DNA of 64,000 nucleotides from an uncultured Thermodesulfobacteriaceae bacterium (GTDB lineage: Bacteria; Desulfobacterota; Dissulfuribacteria; Dissulfuribacterales; UBA3076). Where the stretch lies: the NCBI GenBank assembly GCA_964646435.1, contig CAZYEJ010000001.1, positions 4,912 through 68,911 on the forward strand. Direction: 5' to 3'. Position 1 is the stretch's first letter; each line of letters starts with the position of its first letter. Below are positions 37,484-47,302 of this stretch, one piece after another. The position numbers and the translations under genes are program-made. The notes below the pieces were generated by a model. It did no database searches, was not told where the DNA came from, and was given only the letters and a program-made list of their open reading frames with translations.

Positions 37484-37718
37484 AAAAGATGAACATCGAA
37501 CATCGAACGTCCAACATCGAATGTTGAATGGGGAAAAAGACTTATGACCTGGAAGAAAGGCTGCTAATTATTGCAGGAGGCGGTATATCAGTATACTTCA
37601 GCCTTCCACCTAAATGGCTAGCATACAGAAATAGCCGTTGAATGTTCGGTATTGGATATTTGTTTTTCATTCGACGTTGGACGTTCGATGTTCGATGTTC
37701 GACGTTCATCTTTCAAAG
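37484..37718 (-). mobile_element. MITE-like element (about 235 bp), copy 2, inverted relative to copy 1
   Basis: Its reverse complement aligns with 24123-24356 along the full length, with the same TIRs. Confidence 0.75.
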
Positions 37719-37767
37719 TAAAAAGTCAGGGGCATTGGGGCTCATTTCGTTCTATAAAAATTTATGA

Positions 37768-39015
37768 TCATTGAACGGCTCTTCCCTTGGGTATGGATTC
37801 CGGTTCGGCGCGGACACCCGGCTTCACGCCTTCCCGATCGACTGAAGTTACGATAAGCTCTCCAGGCTCAAGACCCGACACCACCTCGGTGAACTGCCAA
37901 TTGGAAAGCCCCGGTTCGATTATACGTTCCTCTATAAGCCCGTCGACCCGGCAGACAAGCACCCTGTTGCCTTCCAGAATGGCCTCGGTCGGTATTCGAA
38001 GCACATCATCCCGCACATCAAGGACAATCTCCACATCGGCGCTGTAGCCCGGAAGCAGATTTTCATTGCCCGGCAGGGCGGCAAAGACCGTCTCTACCTC
38101 AACGGTCCGGGCCTGCTTTTCCACCTCCAGCACATAAGGTGCGATGCGCCTGACCAGGCCCTTGAAATTCGTTTTTGGGAATGCGTCCAAAGTGATGCGC
38201 GCCTCCATTCCGATCCTGATGGCCGTAGCATCCACTTCGTCTATAGGGGCGGAGACATAAAGGCAGCTTGTATCAATAAGATCCACAACAGGCAGCGTAG
38301 CCACACCTGTGGGCGAGGGTGTGACAAACTCGCCTAGTTCGCCGTTCACCTCTGCAACAGTCCCTGCGAACGGTGCTCTAAGGATAGTATGGTCCAGAAT
38401 TGCGCGGGCGAATTTAATGCGAGCGGCACTCATCTTAACTCTCGCATGGGCAGCTTCACAGCTCGCCCGCCGAGCCTTGGCATTGGTGACGGCTTTGTCG
38501 AAGTCCGCCTCTGAGACCAGATCCTTTTTGCGGAGCCTCACCAGCCGGTCAGCATCGCGTTGCGCCACTTCAGCCAGAAAACAGGCCTCCTCTGCTTTTG
38601 CCCGGCTTGTTGTGCCTTCGCTCTCCGCCAGCTTCACCTCGGCCTCCAGATCCTTATTCAGGAGCACCAGTAGTACCTGGCCTGATTCAACGCGATCACC
38701 CTCGTGTACCAAAAGTTTATGGATCTGTCCTCCAATGGCCGGTGCAAGCCAAGCCCGCCGGCAGGCCTTGACAGTGCCGGAGCGCGTATTGGCCACAGTC
38801 GCCTCGACGCGCCCGCTATCCACGATCTGGACGACAACTGAAACCGGCTTGTCCCTCATGACATAGAAAAGGATCAATGCCGCGACAACAAAAATGATAA
38901 GTACAATTACAATGCGGCGCAGTAAAGGCTTCATGTTTCCCCGGGTTCTATTCAGGGTTGCCAGTATCTTGCCCATCCGGAAATCTCCGGCGGGCAGGAA
39001 ACAGAAATTTTGCAA
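37768..39015 (-). CDS. Efflux periplasmic adaptor (HlyD/MacA-type membrane fusion protein)
   Basis: N-terminal TM anchor, coiled-coil hairpin region and beta-barrel domains, with the motif GQVLLVLLNKDLEAEVKLAE. The true start is probably an internal Met (MKPLLRR). Confidence 0.85.
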   Translation of the reverse strand: MQNFCFLPAGDFRMGKILATLNRTRGNMKPLLRRIVIVLIIFVVAALILFYVMRDKPVSVVVQIVDSGRVEATVANTRSGTVKACRRAWLAPAIGGQIHKLLVHEGDRVESGQVLLVLLNKDLEAEVKLAESEGTTSRAKAEEACFLAEVAQRDADRLVRLRKKDLVSEADFDKAVTNAKARRASCEAAHARVKMSAARIKFARAILDHTILRAPFAGTVAEVNGELGEFVTPSPTGVATLPVVDLIDTSCLYVSAPIDEVDATAIRIGMEARITLDAFPKTNFKGLVRRIAPYVLEVEKQARTVEVETVFAALPGNENLLPGYSADVEIVLDVRDDVLRIPTEAILEGNRVLVCRVDGLIEERIIEPGLSNWQFTEVVSGLEPGELIVTSVDREGVKPGVRAEPESIPKGRAVQ

Positions 39016-39148
39016 GTGGCTTTAATGTTATTTTTTTTCAGGCCCTTATATGAAATTAACATACCGCAAAAGTCAAATTAACATAGCCCAAAGTTGGTGC
39101 CGAGGTTGACAAAGCTAAATAGGTTCATCATAATGCTTGAGAAATTCA

Positions 39149-39224
39149 GCCGAGATAGCTCAGTCGGTAGAGCAGTGGACTGAAAATCCACGTGTCGATG
39201 GTTCGATTCCGTCTCTCGGCACCA
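39149..39224 (+). tRNA. tRNA-Phe (anticodon GAA)
   Basis: Hand-folded: acceptor GCCGAGA/TCTCGGC, anticodon stem GTGGA/TCCAC with loop CTGAAAA, T loop TTCGATT, encoded CCA. Confidence 0.92.
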
Positions 39225-39232
39225 ATAAAAAT

Positions 39233-39268
39233 AAAAGGTTAACTCAAATCGGGTTAACCTTTTTAATT
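39233..39268 (+). terminator. Rho-independent terminator after tRNA-Phe
   Basis: Stem aaaaggttaac / gttaacctttt followed by a T-rich tract. Confidence 0.55.
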
Positions 39269-39383
39269 TCTACTGCTATCTTGCCGCTGTTTCCGTGTTA
39301 AAGCTCGGAACCGACATTTAGAAAAGACTTCTTGTTATTACTTCGTGAACGGTTATATTATCCTTAAAATGTTTTTCATCTTG

Positions 39384-39460
<77 letters not shown>

Positions 39461-39466
39461 ATGATT

Positions 39467-40282
39467 TCATAGAAGCCTTTGTTTTTCATTTGGTATAAGA
39501 CAAGAAGCCTTCCGTGGTTCTATTTTCAGCGTCCCTCCAATTTGCTCTGCCCTGACCTTTGCTAGATTGAGAGCCAGGATAAGAAAAAGATAGTTAGAGG
39601 TCTTCTGTGTGTGCTCGTTTGATTCCTGCGAGTATCTGCTGATATCTTGATCCCAGTCGGCTGGGAAAGCATTTCCTGTATGCTCAAATTCTAAAGACCA
39701 GGTAGCCTTATCTTTTTGGCGCAATGTTATTTTTAGATCACGTTCTTCGGTTTCTAGCATTTGTTTTATGCAAGCATCTAACAATCCGCCAATCAAGTCA
39801 CGAAGGTAACCTTCATTAATTACGATCAGGGTCTGGGTAGCCGATAAAGCCAACTGTTTTTTCACCTGATGCTTGAAAAACAGGTCTGCATTCCAGAAAT
39901 CCACTTCTTCTTCAAGTACCTGGCTCAGAATTAGAGGCCTCCGCCCGTCTTCCCCCTCTTGGCTTCTATTGGTAATTACGTTGACCATATTTTCCGCACG
40001 AGCCAGCGTCTCTTCCATCCGCAAAAATCGTTCTGTTCTCTTCTGCATATTGTCCGCAAGCTCCTTCAACTGGTTGGCGGCAGTATCAGGCAGGCTGGGG
40101 ACAAGGGTAGACTCAATGGCCTCCAGATCTTTTGCAATATCCATTTTTAACATTTCAATATGCATGGAGAGGATCTGTATAGGACCTTTTAAGTTATGAA
40201 TAATGCCCTTTGTAAGATATCCGATCTTGCTGTTTTGGAAGCAGCTATATAAAAAATTTTCTGGAAACTGAATATTTTCCAT
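39467..40282 (-). CDS. Histidine-kinase-like protein (soluble; H-box plus degenerate ATPase domain)
   Basis: H-box-like GIIHNLKGPIQILSMHIEML. The C-terminal region has N/G-box-like LALNLAKVRAEQIGGTL. No TM or sensor domain is visible. Confidence 0.55.
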   Translation of the reverse strand: MENIQFPENFLYSCFQNSKIGYLTKGIIHNLKGPIQILSMHIEMLKMDIAKDLEAIESTLVPSLPDTAANQLKELADNMQKRTERFLRMEETLARAENMVNVITNRSQEGEDGRRPLILSQVLEEEVDFWNADLFFKHQVKKQLALSATQTLIVINEGYLRDLIGGLLDACIKQMLETEERDLKITLRQKDKATWSLEFEHTGNAFPADWDQDISRYSQESNEHTQKTSNYLFLILALNLAKVRAEQIGGTLKIEPRKASCLIPNEKQRLL

Positions 40283-40461
40283 GATTTTTTTCCTTAAATA
40301 AAAAAATAGGGGTTGAGAAATTTAGGAATAAAAATCAATAAGTACCTTCAATTCCTCAATTATCAATATTAAAATTCAGTCCTGCTTGTGGGACTTGTCC
40401 AATATGATTATTGTTCATTGAACTTATACTACTATTCTATCGGTAAAAAAGGAACGAAGAC

Positions 40462-42240
40462 TTGAGTATTCTTAAACCCGATTCACTTTTAACCTTGCCC
40501 GAGGCTGAGACAGAGATACTTATGAATGAGCTGTCTCTTGCTGAGCAGGCATCTGTGGTCTTAATGACTCCATGGGAGAGGCGTCAGAAAATAATACTAC
40601 TTTCTCAGGATAGCATGGCCCTTGTGCAAGGATTGCCGGTTGAGGAATTATTCTGGACTGTCAAGGCAATTGGGCCTCAGGATGCTGTTCACATTTTGAA
40701 TTTAGCAAATGCGGAACAGTTACAGTTCATGTTCGATCTGGACTGGTGGCATAAGGCTGAACTCAGGCCTGAGAAAATAGCAACATGGATATTACTCCTT
40801 TTTGAAATCGGCGAAGAGGCGATGGCATCCTGGTTACATTGGCTGATGAAAAAAGATGAGACACTTCTTCCTGCCATTTTGAGGCCATTTATCCGGATCT
40901 ACAAAAGGCCTGATGACATGGATATACAGGAAGCCAAGGACGTACTCCCTAGTTTTACTTTGGATAATGTGTATTTCGTGTTTTTCAAAAAGGAGGCGTT
41001 GCAGCCAATCTGGGGACGTTTTCTCATGAAGATGCTGGAGGTATCGCCTGGTCTCTACAGGGATGTATTGGAGACCATTCTCTGGGAGAATGAGGCTAAA
41101 AATATGGAAAAATCCTTTCGTCTCCGGCGTTCAAGAATAGGAGATTGGGGCCTTCCTGACTATTATGACGCCCTTGATATTTACGCCCCTCTGCCTGGTA
41201 ATCATATTAGAAAAGTTGAAATTGCCTATTTTGAAAGAGAAACAGGACCTGATATTCTGCTGCCGGCCTTTGTGCCCACTCTATACATGGGAGACTATCC
41301 GGTCCTTCGAACTGCTATAGAAGAACTGTCAGGCACAAGATTAATGGAGCGAATTGTCCGGGAATGGGCAGGCGCTGCAAACAAGGTCCTTATGGTAGAT
41401 GATGTTGACCTCGATGACCCTGATGCATTACGCAATTCACTTTTTAAGGTGGCAGCCTTGCTTAATCTAGGCTTGGAAGCTGCGGCGAAGACAGAACATA
41501 GGTCCCCAAATGACATCCTGAAATCCGGTGTATTAGAAGATATAATAAGACTTGCCAATACCATGACCAGGAGATTGGCTGCAAAGGCCCGCAACCTGGT
41601 GGACTCCGGCCGGATATCCAAGGATTTCTTACATTTGCCTGAAGCATGGGCAGACGCCTTAAAGGGACTATTATTTAAGTGTCCCATGTTATGGGACCCT
41701 GCCCTCAGCAAGTACCGCCCATTTTGTAATACGGCAGATCTTGCCGCAATGGAAAATCTTATAACCACCGCAGATGAGTGGACACGCCTTATGGCTTGCA
41801 TCTTACCTCAACATGGAAATTGGGCTGTGGAGATTCCCTGGACCTCAACCAACTTAGGCCATCCGAATGAGCTTATTTTACCTCAAGCCCTTTTGACCGC
41901 CCTTGCCCAAAAGACATTAGGTGGAGAGTTAAAATTTTATCCTGTACCCGCAGGGAAACTCAACTACTTGAGAAACACGTGGTTCCCGGATAGCCCAACT
42001 CCTTCATTCAGTGAAGAAAAGAATTCTCCAGGGCCTGGACCACTATTAGAGACAGTCAAACATTGCGTAGAGGCCCTGCAACCTGTTGTCGAGCAGGCAG
42101 GTTTTACGCGCGAAAGGCTTGATTCAATGGTGAATGAGTCTTTAATGACACTTTACGAAGAATGGAGGGATTTGCCGGCAGACATGCCGATTGATGGTCG
42201 TTTTGTCTTTTCCCTTATTATTGATCTGGAGGCTGATTGA
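40462..42240 (+). CDS. Hypothetical protein (592 aa)
   Basis: Long ORF with a TTG start and no motif I can assign. Confidence 0.55.
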   Translation: MSILKPDSLLTLPEAETEILMNELSLAEQASVVLMTPWERRQKIILLSQDSMALVQGLPVEELFWTVKAIGPQDAVHILNLANAEQLQFMFDLDWWHKAELRPEKIATWILLLFEIGEEAMASWLHWLMKKDETLLPAILRPFIRIYKRPDDMDIQEAKDVLPSFTLDNVYFVFFKKEALQPIWGRFLMKMLEVSPGLYRDVLETILWENEAKNMEKSFRLRRSRIGDWGLPDYYDALDIYAPLPGNHIRKVEIAYFERETGPDILLPAFVPTLYMGDYPVLRTAIEELSGTRLMERIVREWAGAANKVLMVDDVDLDDPDALRNSLFKVAALLNLGLEAAAKTEHRSPNDILKSGVLEDIIRLANTMTRRLAAKARNLVDSGRISKDFLHLPEAWADALKGLLFKCPMLWDPALSKYRPFCNTADLAAMENLITTADEWTRLMACILPQHGNWAVEIPWTSTNLGHPNELILPQALLTALAQKTLGGELKFYPVPAGKLNYLRNTWFPDSPTPSFSEEKNSPGPGPLLETVKHCVEALQPVVEQAGFTRERLDSMVNESLMTLYEEWRDLPADMPIDGRFVFSLIIDLEAD

Positions 42241-42351
42241 CTATCCAAATGATCTCATCACTTGTTCCGGTCCTCATGCAGCAATGAGTAAAAAAATTTT
42301 GAATCCGCAACTTGCAGCTTTCCTGCACAGCGGGCAGGAAGAAGGCAGCTA

Positions 42352-43101
42352 ATGGGCTCAATGTCTATTCCCGCGAGCGAGAAAAAAAAACAAGCCTTGG
42401 GAAAATTGTGCGCAATTGGAGTAGGGCCCGGGGATTCAGAACTTTTGACTATTAAGGCCGTGCAAAGACTGAAAGATATGAAAACAGTGTTTGCAGCCAC
42501 CTCCAGCAAACAACAAGATAGCCTTGCAGTACAGATAGCCAGACCTCATCTTAATCCAGGGGCAGAACTCATCCCTTTACATTTCCCGATGGTCAGGGAT
42601 AAACAGCTACTTGAAAATGTATGGACAGAAAATGCAAGGAAGGTACTTGATGTGCTGAGGCGTCCGGCTGACGCCGCCTTTATAACATTAGGCGACCCGT
42701 CCACTTACTCAACCTTTACCTATCTTATAAGACATATTGAATATCTTGAGCCCGGCATTGAGGCTGAAATTATACCCGGCATAACTTCATACCAGGCAGC
42801 CGCAGCCAGGACAGGTGTGCCTCTTGCTCAGGGTGAAGAGTCCCTGGCAATTGTCTCCGGGGCAGGGGGAGGGCAGGAACTCAAGCAGATGCTGGGAGTT
42901 GCTGATAATCTGGTGGTCTTAAAAGTTTACCGTCATTTCAGGGAAATATTAGAGGTAATCCGCGAAGAGGATATGCTTGACAAGTCAGTCGCAGTCAGGA
43001 AATGTGGCCTGCCTGGAGAGAGCATCAGCCGCGATATAGAGACATGGGACGGGGATAGGCCCTCTTACTTTACTTTGTTACTTGTCAAGAAACAGGTCTA
43101 A
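42352..43101 (+). CDS. cbiL: Precorrin-2 / cobalt-factor-II C20-methyltransferase
   Basis: GKLCAIGVGPGDSELLTIKAVQRL tetrapyrrole-methylase start and later the ITLGDPSTYSTF motif. Confidence 0.82.
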   Translation: MGSMSIPASEKKKQALGKLCAIGVGPGDSELLTIKAVQRLKDMKTVFAATSSKQQDSLAVQIARPHLNPGAELIPLHFPMVRDKQLLENVWTENARKVLDVLRRPADAAFITLGDPSTYSTFTYLIRHIEYLEPGIEAEIIPGITSYQAAAARTGVPLAQGEESLAIVSGAGGGQELKQMLGVADNLVVLKVYRHFREILEVIREEDMLDKSVAVRKCGLPGESISRDIETWDGDRPSYFTLLLVKKQV

Positions 43102-43253
43102 CTGTAAGCGTTTACAGGGCACCGCATTTGCTTTGTTGTCGGGCACTTGAAGTACAGGAAGTACGTCTGCGTACCCTCCGCCTCGCATCTGCAGCACCCT
43201 GTAAACGCTTACCGGTGCGGTAAAACGGGCGTTGTAACCCCGTGAACGGTTAG
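43102..43253 (-). repeat. Interspersed element family 'tgtRagcgtttacaggg', copy C (long form, inverted)
   Basis: Its reverse complement aligns with copy A, including the ccgttcacggggttacaacgcccgtttta module. It begins immediately after the cbiL stop codon (43099-43101). Confidence 0.75.
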
Positions 43254-43269
43254 GACAAAGGCAAAAAGG

Positions 43270-43989
43270 TTGTGTAACAATCGACAATCACAAATCCAAT
43301 TAGGGCATGTAGCGGTCTTGTACGAGGACAACCACCTCCTGGCACTTTCAAAACCTGCATGTGTTCCGACCGTCCCTGATTCCAGTAAAGACATGTCACT
43401 GCTGGACTGGGGCAAGATGTATCTGAAAAAGACCAGGAGCAAGCCCGGCAATGTCTTTCTCGGAACGGTTCATAGACTTGACCGTCCTGTCTCGGGGATA
43501 GTCTGCTTTGCCGTCACATCAAAGGCCGCTTCCAGGCTTTCCGACCAGCTCCGGACACATAGGATGTCCAAGACTTACCTGGCTTTGACTGAAAGAAAAC
43601 CCCCATCTGAGTACGGGGTGCTTGAGCACATAATCAAAAAAAACAATGCAAAAAACATAGTAAGGGTAATATCTCCCGGCTCTATAGAAACCGGAGGAAA
43701 ATTTGCTCGGACTTCCTGGGCGTTGCTTGAGGCCAAGAAGGGTATCTATTTACTTGAACTCAAACCGGAAACCGGACGTCCGCATCAACTGAGGGTTCAG
43801 TGTGCTGCTATGGGATGTCCCCTGCTTGGTGACATCAAATACGGTGCCGAAGCCCCATTGCCTGATGCCTCTATTGGTCTTCATGCCTATAAATTAGAGT
43901 TATTACATCCTGTTCGAAAGGAAGGACTTAGCTTTTCAACTCCGCCTCCGGATTCAGGGCCATGGAGACCTTTTTGGGGTAGACTCTGA
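43270..43989 (+). CDS. RluA-family pseudouridine synthase
   Basis: Catalytic motif HRLDRPVSGIV, plus later GRPHQLRVQ. TTG start in the ORF track. Confidence 0.85.
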   Translation: MCNNRQSQIQLGHVAVLYEDNHLLALSKPACVPTVPDSSKDMSLLDWGKMYLKKTRSKPGNVFLGTVHRLDRPVSGIVCFAVTSKAASRLSDQLRTHRMSKTYLALTERKPPSEYGVLEHIIKKNNAKNIVRVISPGSIETGGKFARTSWALLEAKKGIYLLELKPETGRPHQLRVQCAAMGCPLLGDIKYGAEAPLPDASIGLHAYKLELLHPVRKEGLSFSTPPPDSGPWRPFWGRL

Positions 43990-44031
43990 ACCTCTGAACG
44001 ATTACTGATTACACTGTAAAAAGTCTGAAAC

Positions 44032-47000
44032 ATGATTCCGCTCAAAAAGCCCGAGATGCAAGGCGTGAAATTTTCCAGGCAGGAGACGTATTTATCGTAC
44101 GTCGCATGGGCTGAAAAATTGAAGCAACGCCGCAGATTGGATTTTTCAGCGAAATCATTACTATATTCAAAAGGAGCTGCCATGGCTGCTTTACAATTAG
44201 AACCTCTTTTTACCTCCAAGATATTCTGCAAGACCTTTTCAACATCGAATATGACGGTGGAAGTTGCAGGAAACCTCATTCGGGCAATATGGAATGAGGA
44301 ACTTTCAAAACAGGTGAATACAGCCGAAGAAGACCTGTTCATAGAGGTCAGAAAGAAGACAAAAGAATTACCAATTCTGGAAAAGAAGGTCTCACACCTC
44401 CTCTCCACTGAGTTTCATCTGGACGCTGATGGCCCTATCCAACTCAGACTTATTAAGAAAAAGCACTATCAGTTGCACCTTTCCACATCTTTTCATTACA
44501 CGCCCAAGGTAGTCATGATCTCGGAAAACGAGAGGCGTCATCACCTGAAATGGATGGATATTGACTGGGAACATGTACAGCGAGAGGTAGAGATATCATC
44601 AGGGCTCGATTGGAAAAAGGATATAGATATTTTTCTGCACGTAATTAGATGGCCGGAGCCGTCTACAGGCCTTAAAGAACAGGAATGGCTCCATACAGGC
44701 CTCTCCAATCACGCCATAGTCCTTGGGGCCTTAAAAGAGGTCTCTCTGATAATAGCACCTAAAACGTACATAGAAAAAACTTATCTAACCAATCACCAAA
44801 TCACCAAATCACCAAATCACCCAATTCTTAAGACCTTATTCAGGCTCGTTTTCAAACTGCCGGAGGTCGTCCGGGAATTGGCTTTTCTGGATTTTGAGAT
44901 AAATCCTTCTTTCCCATTCATGGAACTAAAACGGGAGATCTGGGAAGGAGACACTATACAGCTTAGGGCGTGGTGGAACATACCTGATAAATGCTGGAAG
45001 AGGGTAGAAAAAGATTTGCTGGCTCCTAAGGGGCTGGACTGGAAAGACATAGATATCTGCATACAGCTCAACCAATTCGAACCCCATCCTATATTCCAAA
45101 GCACAAACTGGCTGTTCACAGATATCCAGGATGGAAACGCCTATCAGGCTGCCCTGATAATAAGACCAAAAAAAAAGGGCGAGAAGGATCTGAGCCCTGC
45201 TGTTATTATATCCAATATAGCCGGCGTTCCTGCAAAGCCGGATCAAATCGTTTTATTGCCCATTGATGAAGGGCGAATTTTTACTTACTGGCACCTTGAC
45301 AGGGAAAGGCTGGCAAAACGTCTTGATGCCCTTTCAGGGGGCGACCACGGAAAAGTACGCACGTATATCAGGGTATTTCATGATTGGGCAGGAGGCCTGC
45401 ATCATCACATGGACGTAGAAGTACATCTGGATTTTTCAGACAACTGGTACCTTCAAGCCGCGCCGGACAGAATTTACAGGGTACAACTTGTTGCCATCTC
45501 AGATCAGGGGAAGATTGAGTCTCTCACTGATGCATCAAATTCGGTACAGACAAACAGGGTATCCCCGGGTGGTAATCCGGTATCATACAAAGAAATTGAC
45601 TTGAAAATTGGACATCCCACCCAACGTGAACTCAAGTCTGTCATGGGGTCAGCTAAGCACTCAATAGGACTTGAGCTTCTCCATTTGCACGCACATCTGC
45701 CATACTTCAGGCGGAGAGTAGTATATGGCACGTCAGGCATATGGCAGCCCATGGGCTTTCCTGAAGAGTGGTTTCACGAGGCGATTCGAGAGACATACGT
45801 TCCTCTTATTTTGACCTTTGAACGTTTGAAGTCAGAAGGGGTGGATTTCCGCATTTCAATGGATATCTCGCCGACCCTTACAAATATGATGAGATGTCCC
45901 CTGCTCCAGGAAGAATTTCTGAAATACATGGAGGCCCACATAAGCCTTGCCAGGGCGGAAGTGGACCGGACTGGGCGAGAGGCCTATGGTTATCATGAGA
46001 CCGCCTGGATGCATCTCAACCGTTTTCTGGAAGTAAGAGACTGCTTTATGAGATACAAAGGGGACCTTACAAAGGCGTTAAAAAAGTTACAGGACGAGGG
46101 CTACATAGAGATCTCCACCTGTGGAGCTAACCATGCCTTTCTACCCTTCTTTACAGCATTTCCTGAATCTGTCAGAGGACAGATTCAGACCGCAGTCCTT
46201 GATTACAGAGACGTTTTTGGCAGGGATCCAATGGGCATATGGTTGCCTGAATGTGCTTATGTGCCGGGTATAGAAGATTTCCTGGAAAAGGCCGGCCTTC
46301 ATTACTTTTTTACTGAAACCCATGCAGTCTTGCATGCAGACTCCCCTGCTACTTTTGGCACCCACGCACCGGTATATCTCAAAGGGAGCAATGTCGCTGC
46401 CTTTGCCAGAGATCCTGAGACAGGAAGACAGGTGTGGAGCGGTGAGGAAGGTTATCCCGGCGATCCCGACTATCTGGAGTTTCATATCAGAGGCGGCCCC
46501 TTGAAGTACAATCGAATTACCAGCCGAAAAAGCGACTACAAAGAGCCCTATGTCAGGGCATGGGCCCTTGAGAAGGCAGCCAAGCACGCCCAGCACTTCA
46601 TGGAGTCAAGAAATTTCCGCTTCCAATACATAAAAAACTGGTTCTGGAAAAAACCTTTGGTAGTGGCCATGTACGACGCAGAGCTATTTGGCCATCACTG
46701 GTACGAGGGTACGGACTTTCTCTATTATTTGCTAAAAAAGCTCTACTACAATCAGAGTGAGACGGAGTTGATTACACCCAGTGCTTACCTGGCCCGTTAT
46801 CCCAGAAATCAGGAAGTATTCATCACTCCCTCATCCTGGGGCGACAAGGGGACTTTTGACAGGTGGATATACGGCTCTGTATCATGGATGTACAAACACT
46901 CCCACGAGGCTATCAGAGAGCTAGGAGCCATGGCCTCTGATCTCAAAGCCAACAGACAAGACGACCAACTTGCAAAACGGATAGTCAGCCAGGCAGCAAG

Positions 47001-47226
47001 AGAAGTGCTCCAGTCCATGAACAGCGATATTCCTTTTGTAATTTCTAACGGTCATTTTGTAGACCGCATGAAGGAATTCTTTTTCGAAGATCTGGAACGG
47101 TTCTGGATACTGGCAAATCTTTACAGGAATGGTGGTGACAGGCCTGATCTCACGGCATGCAGATTACAAAGGCTTGAGATGGAAAACCCCATCTTTCCCA
47201 AAATTGATCCCTATGCTTTTGCTTAG
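44032..47226 (+). CDS. GH57-family alpha-glucan enzyme (branching-enzyme-like) with a roughly 540-aa N-terminal extension that includes a DUF4912-like segment
   Basis: The C-terminal half carries LHLHAHLPYF, WLPECAY, YDAELFGHHWYEG (GH57 signatures). The N-terminal half carries LLPIDEGRIFTYWHLDRE (DUF4912-like) and an internal duplication (GLDWKKDIDIFLHV / GLDWKDIDICIQL). Confidence 0.8.
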   Translation: MIPLKKPEMQGVKFSRQETYLSYVAWAEKLKQRRRLDFSAKSLLYSKGAAMAALQLEPLFTSKIFCKTFSTSNMTVEVAGNLIRAIWNEELSKQVNTAEEDLFIEVRKKTKELPILEKKVSHLLSTEFHLDADGPIQLRLIKKKHYQLHLSTSFHYTPKVVMISENERRHHLKWMDIDWEHVQREVEISSGLDWKKDIDIFLHVIRWPEPSTGLKEQEWLHTGLSNHAIVLGALKEVSLIIAPKTYIEKTYLTNHQITKSPNHPILKTLFRLVFKLPEVVRELAFLDFEINPSFPFMELKREIWEGDTIQLRAWWNIPDKCWKRVEKDLLAPKGLDWKDIDICIQLNQFEPHPIFQSTNWLFTDIQDGNAYQAALIIRPKKKGEKDLSPAVIISNIAGVPAKPDQIVLLPIDEGRIFTYWHLDRERLAKRLDALSGGDHGKVRTYIRVFHDWAGGLHHHMDVEVHLDFSDNWYLQAAPDRIYRVQLVAISDQGKIESLTDASNSVQTNRVSPGGNPVSYKEIDLKIGHPTQRELKSVMGSAKHSIGLELLHLHAHLPYFRRRVVYGTSGIWQPMGFPEEWFHEAIRETYVPLILTFERLKSEGVDFRISMDISPTLTNMMRCPLLQEEFLKYMEAHISLARAEVDRTGREAYGYHETAWMHLNRFLEVRDCFMRYKGDLTKALKKLQDEGYIEISTCGANHAFLPFFTAFPESVRGQIQTAVLDYRDVFGRDPMGIWLPECAYVPGIEDFLEKAGLHYFFTETHAVLHADSPATFGTHAPVYLKGSNVAAFARDPETGRQVWSGEEGYPGDPDYLEFHIRGGPLKYNRITSRKSDYKEPYVRAWALEKAAKHAQHFMESRNFRFQYIKNWFWKKPLVVAMYDAELFGHHWYEGTDFLYYLLKKLYYNQSETELITPSAYLARYPRNQEVFITPSSWGDKGTFDRWIYGSVSWMYKHSHEAIRELGAMASDLKANRQDDQLAKRIVSQAAREVLQSMNSDIPFVISNGHFVDRMKEFFFEDLERFWILANLYRNGGDRPDLTACRLQRLEMENPIFPKIDPYAFA

Positions 47227-47302
47227 TGGCTCTTTCAATCCCGCCTTATCAGAATTATTTGTCCTTCGTGATTTAATAGTATAATGTACCCCGAAACAGG
47301 AC

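Noticed and set aside
24356-37484. The hypothesis that recombination between the two inverted MITE copies inverted this segment, and that re-inverting it would restore an adaptor-ATPase-permease operon.
   Set aside because: I worked through the inversion. It would put the ATPase and first permease on the plus strand, facing the adaptor gene, which would not restore a collinear operon.
42241-42351. A possible cobalamin riboswitch upstream of cbiL.
   Set aside because: I could not find a B12-box-like element (…gccactg…) or the expected conserved stems. The region is only about 110 nt.
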